NCBI GenBank assembly: GCA_013265495.1 | Contig: MU057989.1 | Span: 186,001 to 250,000 of the forward strand | DNA length: 64,000 nucleotides | From: Vicugna vicugna | Taxonomy: Eukaryota | Direction: 5' to 3' | Part shown: in pieces, positions 1 through 15,393 of the stretch | How the letters are laid out: the number at the start of each line of letters is the position of its first letter | Numbering within the stretch: position 1 is the stretch's first letter | The notes under the pieces: generated by a model | What the model saw: the letters and a program-made list of their open reading frames with translations, nothing else | The model's database searches: none | What the model was told of the DNA's origin: nothing | Position numbers and translations under genes: made by a program

Positions 1-225
1 TGGGAGCTGGTCTACCAAAATTAATCAAACCCAAGGAGAGGGTCATGGAATCTCGGATCTACAGCAAGTCAGTGAGAAGCACTGGTGAGCCTTTACCCTG
101 TGGGATCTGATGCCGTCTCCAGGCAGATAGTGTCAGACTTGAGTTAAATTGTAGGACACACAGACGATGTCTAAGAATTGCTTGGTGGGGTTAGAAAAAC
201 CCCAGAATTGGAATGGGTGTTGAAA
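1..225 (+). mobile_element. 3' part of a MER21-like (ERVL-class) LTR
   Basis: Resembles recalled MER21-family LTR sequence (…ccctgtgggatctgatgc…ccaggcagatagtgtcaga…ttgagttaaattgtaggacac…). Subfamily not verified. Confidence 0.55.
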
Positions 226-301
226 TTGGACCCCCTACTTCTCTCTAACCCCAGAAGCTGTCTACTCCCCCTACCCTATAACCCCCATTCTGTCCCCCCA
301 G

Positions 302-3850
<3,549 letters not shown>

Positions 3851-5136
3851 GCCCCAGAGCCAATCCACCGCCCATCCTGAGGTCCTCTGTATCAGAGCCT
3901 GGTCTGTCAGGCAAGGCTGGCCAAACCCTCGAGGGCTTGGTCACCTCCCCCCATCACCAAAAAAAAAAGCTTAAAAAATAAAATAAATTTAAAAGAAAAC
4001 CCTCGGGCTTGGCCTCGGGTCTGGGGTCTCCTGCAGGCTGGAAGTATCAATAAAAGCAATGAGCTTCTCTCTGCTTCTGTGTGCTTCGTGTGAGGGATTG
4101 GCTGGCTGGGTTGGGGACAGCCTGGGCCTGCAGCCTCCAACCAGCACCTTATTCATTCATTCAACAAACATCAATGCAGCTATGAGCCAGAGGCTATGTT
4201 CCAGATGGGAGAGATGTGAGAACAGAACAAACTCTGGCTTGCCCTTGGGGAGGGGGACATCAAGTGGTCACAATCTAGTGATGGAGCTGCATCCAAGTTA
4301 AGGGACTTGTGCAGGATTTGTGTTTTAATTTATGGTTAATTTATTAAAATGATCAAACTAATAAAAATCTCATTTTCCTTAAGCCTTTATACTTGCTTCT
4401 GGACATGATTGTATTGATTAATCTTATCATTTGGATGTAAAACTCACTTTTTTTCCACATTCATCCAAAACTCACTTTTATACACTTTGATTAATACTCA
4501 GTTAGATTATAAATTTGACAGATCAACATCTCCCTAAATATTTAACGTGCTTTACAAGCCTGATTAACTCAATTCTTTTAGACACTTCAAATAATTACAC
4601 ACACAATCTACTTGATCTCTTAAGGGGTGGGATATGTTGTGGGGTGTGTGTGGCACAAATCCAATCAGCAACTTCCTCTTAAGCACTTGAGGCGCTCTTG
4701 GAAATGAATAAATCAGACATTTAATATCTCAGATTACTGAACGCTTTCAAACATCTTAAAAAGCCAGTTACTGACCCAGCATCAGTAATCAGAACTACTG
4801 GATTGCCTTATTTTTCTCATCCCATGATTACAAATTTAGTAACTCAGAAACATGGAAGTACATTACTCTCCTATGCTGTGTCCAGAATGGAGGTTGCACA
4901 ACTGGGGATTGATTTGCTGTTCTGAACTTTGACCCAGGGCTTGGCCAGTCCCAGAAACTGTCTCTTTGAGCCTCTGTTCTGAGATGTGCCTTCCTAAGCC
5001 CATACCTCCTGCAACCTGATAAAGTTTTACCCTAAATGAAGAATTTGAGGTGAACAGAGTTGATGGAATTTGGCAGCCTATGAGGAACTCAGCTTGTCTT
5101 TCTATGGCCTGATTTAAGATACTTTTGGTGTAGGTG

Positions 5137-5250
5137 GGGAGGGTAAAGCTCAGGGGTAGAGTGTGTGCCTAGCGTGTATAAGGTTCTGGGTTCAATCCCC
5201 AGTACCTCCATTAAAAATAAATAAACCCTAATTACCCCCACCCCAGAATA
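5137..5250 (+). mobile_element. tRNA-derived SINE (camelid Vic-1-like)
   Basis: ggggagggtaaagctcaggggtagag…ctgggttcaatccccagtacctcc followed by A-rich tail and cctaattacc. Confidence 0.8.
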
Positions 5251-5539
5251 TATAACTTAGATGTAGACCAAAACCTGACTGCACTATGCACAAAGTTTTG
5301 GGTTGATCAACCTTTAGGAGGTTGTGTAACCATTGGAATTCTAGCCTGATTTCTCTTAGCCTACCTCATTTAACTTGCTCTATTTGAGAATCATTATAGC
5401 GTTTTGCTTTTCCACAGAAGTACTGACTCTTTAAGAGATATCCAAATAGTCTCATCTTGTGTTTCTCTGCCTCAAGGTATGAAATAAACCATATCGTCTT
5501 TTTATTTGAGAACAGGATTAAGAGCCAACATTTGCAGCG

Positions 5540-5690
5540 GGAGGGTATAGCTCAAGTGATAGAGCGCATGCTCGGCATGCAGGAGGTCCTGGGTTCAATC
5601 CCCATGACTTCCTCCAAGCTGAACTCAATGAAGAAACCTAATTGCCTCCACGACCGAATACAAACAATACAAGCAAATAAAAAAAAAAGT
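5540..5690 (+). mobile_element. tRNA-derived SINE (Vic-1-like)
   Basis: gggagggtatagctcaagtgatagagcgcatg…gggttcaatcccc; pol III A/B boxes and A-rich tail. Confidence 0.8.
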
Positions 5691-6074
5691 CTGAAGAGCC
5701 AACATAGGGACACAGGGGCCACTGAGCCGACTGTCTCAGTGAAGGCAGTGTGTGATATCCTTTCTAAGCCACCTAGAAATGTTCTACTATTGCTTTAATA
5801 AAAGTTTCTATATTTCGATTTTAATTTTTTAATTTTTAATTTAATTTTTAATCGAGATATAGTCAGTTTACAGTGCTGTGTCAATTTCTGATGTTCAGCA
5901 CAATGCTTCATACATGAATATACATATATTCATTTTCATATTCTTTTTCACCATATATTCCAATTTTAAATATATTGACCATTCTCTCCTTTTTCCTGAT
6001 TGTTATCCATCTGTCATTTACAACCGTTCTTAATAACGTTAATGCAAGTGCTACATGTCAAAGTTGGCTTTTTA

Positions 6075-6202
6075 TTTTTTAAATTTTTTTAGGGGGGAGG
6101 TAATTAGGTTTATTTATTTTTAGAAGCAGTACTGGGGATTGAAAACTAGGACCTTGTGTATGCTAAGCATGCGCTCTGCCACTTGAGCTATACCTCCCCC
6201 CA
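6075..6202 (-). mobile_element. tRNA-derived SINE (Vic-1-like)
   Basis: Reverse complement of the same consensus (…gtactggggattgaa…cacttgagctatacctccccc). Confidence 0.8.
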
Positions 6203-6327
6203 AGATTGGCTTTTGAACTGATATCGTTTCATCTTTTCTATAAGATTATTCAGCGAAAATTTGCAAATTGTATAGATATTGACCTACTAGGAGCAACATT
6301 CCAGAATCTCTAAGGGCAAACCCCAGT

Positions 6328-6630
6328 GGGGCGGGGCGGGACGGTTGAGGGTTGCAGCGAATCAGTGGACCTTCTGGCCAGTTGGGGGCGCCCACCACAT
6401 AGGCACCGCCTGGCCTCAGGGATTAGTTGTGGGTGGAGCCTGCGGCATCTCTGGACACTGTGATCGGCTGGTACTAGGGGAGGGAGGGAAGAAGCCATTG
6501 AAGGAGAGCGCTGCTGCCTCTGATTGGCTGACACTGGTAACTCCAGGCGGCGGGAGAAACGCGTAGGTTCCCAGCGCACTGGCCTTTGATTGGCTGGAGC
6601 GCGTTGGCGCGCGGCTTCGATTGGCTGGGC
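6328..6630 (+). promoter_or_regulatory. CpG-island promoter with GC box and clustered inverted CCAAT boxes
   Basis: GGGGCGGGGCGGG at 6328-6340; GATTGGCTG (ATTGG cores at 6523, 6589, 6620) at the start of a CpG island. Confidence 0.6.
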
Positions 6631-6691
6631 CGTCCGCAGCGGGCTCGTAGCCACCTGCTGGAAGAACTAAAGCTCCGCAGGCTAGGCGATT

Positions 6692-7371
6692 ATGACCCTG
6701 GGGCGGCGGTGGCAGCAGCGACGGCCAAGCTGGCGGCGCGGCTTCCCCGCTCCCACTCGCATCCGCGGCTGGCCCGCGCCCGCGGCCACTCGCGGTTGGG
6801 CCGGGCCCGCTTGCCGCTGTCTCTGACTCCGCCGCCCGCGCCGTCCCTGCCGCACCCGCCGCTGCCCGGACTGCCGTCCAGCCTGAGCCCCGGGCCGCCT
6901 CCGCCGCCCTCGGCGCTCGCTCTGGCCGAGCTGCCACCGCTACCCGCGCTCCCGCTGCGGCCCGAGCCGCTGGCGCCCTGGGGCCCCAGCGCCCACGTGG
7001 CCCTGCCCCAGCTGCCGCCCTCGGCCTGCGCGCCCGCGCCGCCCGCCGCCGCGCTCGCCCTGCAGGACCTGCCGCGCCTGCCAGCGCCCTCGCCGCCGCC
7101 CGCGCACCTGCCACTGCCGCCGCTGCCCGAGGCCGCAGTCGCCAACACACCAGGGCCGGTGGGCGCGCGCGGCCGTCCGCCCCTCATCGCCGAGCCGCCC
7201 CCGCAGCTGCTGCCGCCGCTGCCCGCGCGGCCCTCGCCCTTCAACCTGCTGGCGTCGCCTGCGCCCCGCGACCCCTGGCAGCTGCCCGCCTTCCCCCCAC
7301 AGCTGCGGCCGCCGCCCCCGCCGCCCCCGCCGCCCCCGCCAACCTACTTTTTCCTGTTGCCACCCTGTTGA
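6692..7371 (+). CDS. Putative intronless proline/leucine/alanine-rich protein (~226 aa); ATG at 6692 is 1 nt out of frame, so possibly a pseudogene or sequence error
   Basis: Stop-free frame to TGA 7369-7371 with strong G/C at third positions (CCG, CTG, GCC, CCC). Promoter upstream; AATAAA at 7728 and 7779. Confidence 0.45.
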
Positions 7372-8255
7372 AAGTCTGGCCCTCCCCTGGAGGGGCTGCG
7401 GACGGGTGAGTAGGCAGCCCTGTCTGGAGACAGGGGGCTCTGCCCGTCGCCGCCTTCCCCGACGGCAGATTCAGAAGGCTTGGGTCACAGCCTGGCCGGA
7501 CGAAGAGGGCGCAGTGGAGGTTTGGGGGAGCAAGTCTGAAATTAAGCTCGTTTCTTCCATATTTTTTCCTACTGCTCTACAGCAAACCTCTTGCCTGGTC
7601 ATTTGAGAATGTAAGTGATCTATCCCCTATACTGATAAACTGGCTGATGATCTGGGCCGTGGGGCACTCAGCTTGAGGAAATGACAACAGAATTTGAAAT
7701 GCTTTAACTAAGAAAAAAGTATTTTTAAATAAAATGCTTTAACTGGCATACTCAAGATGTCTCATTTTCCCCTTTCACAATAAAGGTTTTGGATGCCATC
7801 GCTAAGGCCCTCCTATGCTTAAGTTTGTATGGCTTCTCAGAAACTGCCTTCCAAGTCTTAAAAAGTCAAACTCACAGCTAAAATAGATCCCGGGGTCTCC
7901 TGGGGCTGGCCGCACCAGGAAAACAGTGGTGTTGATGGTCAACCGATACTGGGCCCTGAAACAGGAGTATCACATGCAAGGCTTGTGAAGTCCTCCCCAC
8001 GGGACAGGAGAGTTCCCAGGGTGAGTTGTGAGAGGAAGCCCCTGTTCTCTCCCCATCTTTACCTGCCCCCCCCCCGCTCCCCCCTCATTTACAACTCAGA
8101 ATAAAGTTCCCTTTGTTAGGTGGCTTGGGCTTAGGTAACCAGGCAGACTCCTATCTCAAATGGGCTCTTCTACAGCAGCTCAGGAGTGGTATCAGGAAGC
8201 CAGCTTGACCTCGGGGGACCTGTGAGAGCCTGGAACTCACCAGGAAGAAAGACAA

Positions 8256-8695
8256 TGTATGAGTTTTCTGACTGCTGTAGGAAGTCACCACAAACTGGGT
8301 GGATTAAAATGACAGAAATTTATTCCCTCCCAGTACTGGAAGCCAGAAATCCAAAATCAGGGTGTCCCAAGGCCACACTCCCTCCCAAGGCTCTTGGGAG
8401 GCTCCTTCCTTGACTCTTGCAGCTTCTGGGGCTCCAGGCGCTCGTTGCTTTGTGGCTGCCTCATTCAGTCTCTGCCTCCGTCATCACATGATCTTCTCCC
8501 TTGTGTCTGTCTCAAATCTCCCTCGTATTTTTCTCTTACGACACCTGTTTTGGATGTAGGGCCCACCCTAAATCCAGAATGATCTCATCTTGAAATCCTT
8601 AATTTAGTTATATCTGCAAAGACCCTTTTTAAAAATAAGGTTCCAGTGCTTGGGACCTAGACATAGTGTTGGGAGTCATCATCCAAACTATACCG
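8256..8695 (-). mobile_element. MLT1 (MaLR) LTR
   Basis: Typical MLT1 motifs: caccacaaactgggtgg…cagaaatttatt…aaatccaaaatcagggtgtc; gggcccaccctaaatccagaatgatctcatcttgaaatcc. Confidence 0.75.
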
Positions 8696-11600
8696 GCAGT
8701 GTCCTCTCCCCTGTGGGTCTGGCCTCCTTCCCAAGCTGTCTTTCAGCTTCCTTAAACCATCTTTTAGGCCCTATCCCTTGCTGAACCTGAGCCTTGGGTG
8801 CCCTTGGAGTCCTTGAGTGAGATCCAAAGGCACTAGTACCATGATAAAGCTCTCACTGGCACAGGAAGAAAATAGAGCGAATTGTGGCCCAGTTCCCATT
8901 CCTGCTGGCTTGCTGCTTCCTCGACCCTCTTTGTGTCCTACAGCCCGCCTCCCAAAGAAGACATCATTCTCAGAACTTCACGTGGGTAACTGCTGCTGGT
9001 GGAAACCTGACAGTTACGACTGATAAAGTTAATTGTTACCCACTCCGCAGAGTCTGCCCGGGTTTACATGTGAGGCTGCCCTTATCCTCTTGGCAAAATA
9101 CTCTTGTCCCAAGTCAGTACCTACAATAATCCCCTAGGTGTGCAGGGCGCTTGTGGCCTCAGCAGATGCCTTGGGTGACCCTGGAGGAGGCAGGGCAGGC
9201 TTCTCCTTCTGGCTTACAGCCAGGAGACACCTAAGATTAGGCAGTTGTGACTTGCCCAACAAGGCCCTGGGGTAAGGGGGGTGACACCAGGTCTGACCTG
9301 GAGTCCAGCGACCTGCACACTGCAGGTGGCAAGCAAACCAGTGCTTTATGCAACAGGGGCATAGACAACGGTGAAACTGAACCCTGGGTGGAGGGTAGCT
9401 TCCTGTGTAATCAGATCCAGACGCTATTCTCCGTGGAGACTTCATGCGCAGGGAGCCTCCAGGAGTAGGAGGAAGGCGGGAATGGCTGGCTCTGGAGGAG
9501 CAATGTGGGATGCATCATGTGGGATGTCTTGAGGAAGACTCAGCATAGAGGGGAGGGGGGTGGCTGCCGGCTGTGCTGCCTTCAGGGAAAGAGGCACCAG
9601 GAGGCCCAGCTCACCCTAAATTTTCTTAGATCCCAATTCCTGAGGCCCTGAACAAGGAGCCGGCAGCTTTTATGTCTGTCGGTCTGGGGTTGCATTAGGC
9701 TTGTCCTGTTTCCTGCATGTTCTCTTGGCCAAACTCCCTAGCTCTCTGAGCTTGCTTCCTTGTCTGTAAAATGGGGCTATGAACCATGAGAATTATTATA
9801 GAACATCAAGGTTTCCCCTGCTCCTTTTCATTCAGGAGCCCCTGGCTCCCAACCTGCAACATTGGGGCCTCAAGTGCCTCCCCAGAGAAACCGGTAGTGC
9901 AGTCCCCATGGCCACCCCCATACCCTTCCTGGTACCACAGTGGCTGTGGTCAGTTCCCCTCTTTTGTCCTTGGCAACACTTCCTCTCTAGGGGGAGTGAG
10001 ATGGACAATAGGATTGGAGTTAACCCGCTCCCACCTCACCTCCATCTAAGCTGAGCTCCAGTTTCTTCTGCCCACCTGAACCTCCCACCCCTCCGCCCTC
10101 CCAGAGAGAACAAAGGTTAGATTTAGTTCTGTCCCTTACTGAAGGGGTGAGGAGGGCCAACCCCTTCCCGCCTTCCTCCGTTTCCTCTCTGGGTGGAACC
10201 GGGGGAAGGTTCCTCTCCCCCACCTCTTTCCCAGGAGGAGGCGGATGGGGTAGGGATGATGGAGTGGGGATTCCAGTGGACCTGTTAAAGTCTCATTGAT
10301 ATGGTAACCACGTGGTGGGGGTCCCGGCCTCTCCCCCTCGGCAGCGTTCCAGCCCAAGTCCCAGTTTCTGCCTAGATCCCAACTTTAACCCTTAGGTTCC
10401 CAGATCCAGCTGAATCCAGTTTGACCAGGGGGCCCAAGAGAGGTCCTTGGGCCTCCTAGCCTTGGTCCAAGGAGGGCTGAGGGCGGGCAGTACACCTGCC
10501 CAGGTGCTCTGGGAATCTGCTCTATGCTGCTGCACACCACCACCCAACCCCCACCCCGTGGGCCTCCTAGTTCTGTGACATATTCCCCCATTTTTACTTT
10601 CCCTTTAGGCTGTTGGGTGAGGTGTTTATCAAGAGGGGGGAAAGTGAGAGGAAGCTGAAGTTGCTTGCCCTCCCCTCTCCAGGCAGGTCCAGCTAGGGGT
10701 GGCAGGTGTAAGGGGATATCTCCATCCTCTGAGCACCCACCTCCCACGTGGCAGTGCAGGTGTGGAGATGTCGAGCCAGAGAGGAATTGGGATCTAAGAA
10801 ATTTAGGGTCCTTTTAATGCCGTTTCTGGGCACGATGCTTATTACTGGACATGTGTAGTGCCCCCACCAGGTCCCATCATTACGTTGTGGGGTTAGAGAT
10901 GCCCATAGAATGGGTGGGCCTGATTGCAGGCTGATTAATGATCCCTTCCCCCCAACCCCGCTGCCATGCAGGACTCAGTGTTCAAGACAGAAAAGTCCCA
11001 GGCAGATCAGGACCAGTTGATCATTTATGCCCAAGGCAAGAGTCAAACTCTCTTTGGGCCTGGGGAGAGAAAAGGTCCTGGGCTGGGGCTGCCCAGGACG
11101 GAGGCCTTTTGTGCAGGTTGGTGGGCCCTCCAGAGATCCGGGCTGGCCTCCTACCACCTGCCCAAACCTGTGTGACTGGATTCTTGGTGGCCCCAGAGGG
11201 ACCCCCCTGAAGACTTACCTCTATTTGCTCTTCTCAGCCACCCCCTGCCCCTGTGAGATCTGAGGCCTTGGGGGCTGAATGACCTGGAAAACCCACGCAG
11301 GGTTCCCTCTACCCATCACAGCCAGGAGGGACCTCTGGTCCTTTTCCAGCCAGCTATCAGCATCCTCCTTCCTCTCCTCAGGCGTCCTGGGGCCATCAGG
11401 TCAGCCCCAGACTGGACGGTCACTGTCTCTCTGTGGGGAGGCACCAGGCATGGAAAAGTCCCACTCCCTGGAGCCCACCTGTCAGACCTGCTGATTGGCA
11501 CTGGCCTCAGTTTCTCCATTTTAGGAAGAAGGGTTCTCATGCTTTCCTGGAGCACCCACCCCTTTGCAAATCTGAGGATATCAACCTCTCTTCCCGCAAA

Positions 11601-13416
11601 ATGCTAAAACCCATTCCCAGAAGCAATGCACCCACCTGAAATTAAAAATCCTTTATAAATAAAGCCCCACTGGCCACCTAGCACCCCTCCCCTCCCCCAG
11701 GGCCATAGACCAGGTGTGCCCTGGGGAGCCTCCCACCCCTGCCCCCACTGGCCAGTCGGCTCCAGCCTCTGCAGGAGGAGGGGTGGCGGTGAGAGGTTCT
11801 CCCTGGGACACTCCTCCCTGCCACCCTGGAAAGTGGAATTTTCATCAGCCTCCAACTCCCTTTTCACAGAATAATCATCAGTTCTTGGCACCCAGGAAGG
11901 GGCTTGAAGGAGCTCATGATCCTCCCAAAAATGAGGGGTCCTGTTTGTGGGTCCCATGAGGTTTCTCAAAGGGGTCTTTGACCCAAGGGGGCTAAGGACT
12001 TTGACATTCTGAGATCTGGCCCCAGGTCGGGGGCAGGATTTGAGCCTTGGTCTGTGTGACTCCCAGGCTGTCCCTCCACCCGGAGAGGGGAGTCACTGGC
12101 TCCTAGGGGTCTTCAAGAGGGGTGTCTTTCCTGAGGAGGGGGAGGCAGGGCTCTGGGAAGCTTGGGTCACTGGGCCTTACCCCCCTTGCCCTCCGTTGTG
12201 GTGTCTCGCTACCCAAGGAATTCAGATGGGTTCTGGGGCTGCTCCTACAAGGCTCCTGTGTGCCCCTCCCCCACCCCAACAGCAGGCTTTTTATCCCCTG
12301 GCCCCCAGACTCCTTCAGCAGCTCAGCTCAGCCCCCAGTTTCAGCAGGGGTGGAGGGGTAGGCACACCTGAGCTAAAGCAGAAAGGGGGGTGGTTTTCTA
12401 GGCCGTTGCCTGGGTGATGCCACCTGAGCTTGGCGCCAGGCACCTGTCACCCGGGGAACAGTGAGGGCGGGGTGCCTCCCTCGGGAGCCACCGGGGCCAC
12501 TGGGCTGAGACAAGAGACAGAGTGAATTCCAGAGAGTCCCTGGCTGGGGGGGCAGGGGGAGAGGGGCGGGGTGGGCGATACTGGGGGAAATAGGTACTTT
12601 TGCATCACAAAACAAAATGGGGTGGGGGCAGCAAAGCTAATGGTGGCTGGCAGGTGGCTCAGGAAGGCGGCCAAGCCACCCTCCCACTCCTGTCCTGAGC
12701 CAGTGACTTTATTGCCCCCATTCCTTACTCCCCAGCCAGTCCTCAGTCTCCCAGTTCCTTTGTGCCTGTGTTTTTCCCTCCCATCCCATGGATGCTCTTT
12801 CCTCCCCTGTTCCTTCCCAATCACAAGCACCCCCATTGACCCCAAGGCCCCCCAACCTCAGCCCCGCCTCCTTCCTGTAACTCTGGCTTCCTCTGTTGTA
12901 GCATCGTGCTGCTCCTCCCCTGCCTCAGCCTTAAAACCCCGCCTGCAGCTGAGAGTCAGCAGAGTTCCCAGGTGCCACCCGCCAGGATAAGCCACTCAGA
13001 GTGAACCTGCACCAGCCGGTGGGGATGCAGCTCTCTTCAGCCTGAAGGTGGGTCGGGAGGGTCCAGGCAAGCTGGGTCAGGCCAGCGGCAGCCTAGACGT
13101 GACTGCAGGGTGGCAGGAACAGCAGCCATTGGGCATCTGAAGGACGACGGGCCCCCTCAAAGGAACACCAGCCACTCAGCCACTCAGGACTGTGAGACTG
13201 ATTAGTGTTTGTCAAGGGTCAGAGACACATCTGTGAGGGGCACGGAGCTAGGAAGTGACTTGCAGGAGGCCCACTGATGTGAGGACTGTCTTGGTCGGAG
13301 GACGCTGACTTAAGCTCCTGCTGGGCACCGAGACCACCCGCCACCAGAAGCATCTGACCCACTCCACTGAATCAACCAGGCCTCCTAGAGTGAGAAGACC
13401 TAACCAAGGCAGGCAG

Positions 13417-14070
13417 ATGGCTTCAACTGGCCTTGAACTCCTGGGCATGACCCTGGCTGTGCTGGGCTGGCTGGGGACCCTGGTGTCCTGTGCCCTGCCC
13501 CTGTGGAAAGTGACTGCCTTCATTGGCAACAGCATCGTAGTGGCCCAGGTGGTGTGGGAGGGGCTGTGGATGTCCTGTGTGGTGCAGAGCACAGGCCAGA
13601 TGCAGTGCAAGGTGTACGACTCGCTACTGGCGCTGCCCCAGGATCTGCAGGCAGCCCGAGCCCTCTGCATCATCGCCCTTCTGCTGGCTCTGCTTGGCCT
13701 CCTGGTGGCCATCACAGGCGCCCAGTGCACAACCTGCGTGGAGGATGAAGGTGCCAAGGCCCGCATCGTGCTCACAGCGGGAGTCATCCTCCTTCTCTCG
13801 GGCATCCTGGTGCTCATCCCCGTCTGCTGGACCGCGCATGCCATCATCCAGGACTTCTACAACCCCCTGGTGGCAGAGGCCCTCAAGCGGGAGCTGGGAG
13901 CCTCCCTCTATGTGGGCTGGGCAGCGGCTGCCCTGCTCATGCTGGGAGGGGGCCTCCTGTGCTGCACCTGTCCCCCGCCCCAGATCGACCGGCCCCGCGG
14001 ACCAAGACTGGGCTACTCCATCCCCTCTCGCTCTGGTGCATCTGGGCTGGACAAAAGGGACTATGTATGA
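13417..14070 (+). CDS. CLDN9: Claudin-9 (217 aa, intronless CDS)
   Basis: [20 protein letters not shown]…WEGLWMSC…C…GLDKRDYV; four TM segments, GLW signature, PDZ-binding YV; AATAAA at 14543-14548. Confidence 0.97.
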   Translation: MASTGLELLGMTLAVLGWLGTLVSCALPLWKVTAFIGNSIVVAQVVWEGLWMSCVVQSTGQMQCKVYDSLLALPQDLQAARALCIIALLLALLGLLVAITGAQCTTCVEDEGAKARIVLTAGVILLLSGILVLIPVCWTAHAIIQDFYNPLVAEALKRELGASLYVGWAAAALLMLGGGLLCCTCPPPQIDRPRGPRLGYSIPSRSGASGLDKRDYV

Positions 14071-15393
14071 GGTGGAGAATATCCCTGGAAGCCTGCTGCT
14101 TAGAACCTTGACCTTTTGCTGGGTGCCTAATCCTTGCCTGGTACTGTCCACCCCTCCCCTAGCTGAAACCCACTTTCCAGATGCTCAAGCCAGGCCTGGC
14201 TGCAAGGCTAGTCTCAGCGGGCCTGGCTCAGTCTAGACCCACTTTTGACGGGTCCCCATTTCCACTCAGGCAGGGCCTGAGCTGATAGGGAACACCGGCC
14301 TGCCCCTACGTGCCCCATGTTGCTGTCTTCTGCTGTCCAGGATTTGAACTAGCTTTCCTCGGAGCCCTCCTCCACCCCAGGAACCCCAAAGGACAATAGC
14401 TCCTCATGCCCTCCCTGGCCTGGAGTTGGTCCCCTCTGTCTGACCAGACCACCATCAGCATCCAGAGGCTGAGGCCAGGCCCTTGGAGCAGCCAGGAGTC
14501 CCAACATATCACCTCACCTCTCACCCCCTCCTTTGAGTAGGGAATAAATAGAGTATTTGTAACTCGGCTCCTTTGATCTGTGGTTGGGCTGGGAAGACCA
14601 GGTGGCCTCCCCTGGGGCTGTCTGGCCAAGGCCTGCTTCACGTCCTGCCCAGTGGGAAACCTCACTCAGGCCATGCAAGGCACAGGGCAACACAGGAGAT
14701 GAGCTATTTGTACCCACCTCCTCCTGCCAGGCTGGCCCTTGGCAGCACCCCCCCAGCAACACCAAAGGCAAGTAACAAAACATGCTTTATTCAGTAGAAA
14801 ACTGGTGAGTGTGGGCAGGGTATGGCAGAAGTGTACAGGGGCTGGAGATAAAAGGGTCAGGGGTCACACAGCACGGACATAACAACTCAGGATGGAGGAT
14901 CCAGAGATCAGAAGACTTGGAGGTGGGTGGTTGGTTCTTTGGTAACTTGTTGCCTGCTCTTCTAGAGGCTACGTGAGGCTCAAGAGCCCCTGGGGGTTCC
15001 AGAGGCCTCACCATCACGGGAAGGCTTGTCCCTGCAAGCCTAGGGAGGCCCTGCCCCCTAAAACAGTGGGAACTCTTGGGGACAGGATGAAAGCATCTGG
15101 AGAGCAAGCAGCCTTCACACAGGGCCCACAGGTCAATGGTTGGTCTGAGATAGGGATGTCCAGGGTGGAGAAAGCCAGAAACTTTGAAGCATCACCTCTT
15201 TGGCTCCATCACTCAAAGGTGAGGAACACCAGTAGTAGAGCCCAGATGGGTTACCAAATGGATTAACGACCCCTGCCTTCTCCCAAAATAAAAAGCAAAA
15301 ACAACCCCAAAGCTGTCATGGATCACCACCTCCAGGGTTCCATCTCAGAGGTTAGGCTCCACTGTCAATGGAGCCCATACTCCTCTACCCAAA

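Noticed and set aside
5540..5615. tRNA-Ala-like sequences (also ~17262, 34706 and others)
   Set aside because: They carry the SINE tail and diverged stems, so they are SINE heads, not functional tRNA genes.
6416..7244. Long minus-strand ORFs (244 aa, 184 aa) in the CpG island
   Set aside because: Ala/Arg/Gly shadows of the plus-strand frame; stop codons are scarce at very high GC; no clear ATG start.
10966..11263. ORF MQDSVFKTEKSQ… with gccATG and a downstream AATAAA near 11658
   Set aside because: No recognisable family, splice structure or codon bias; the length is expected by chance.
13390..13416. N-terminal extensions of CLDN9 and CLDN6 in the ORF track
   Set aside because: They start at non-ATG codons; the conserved ATGs are at 13417 and 16059.
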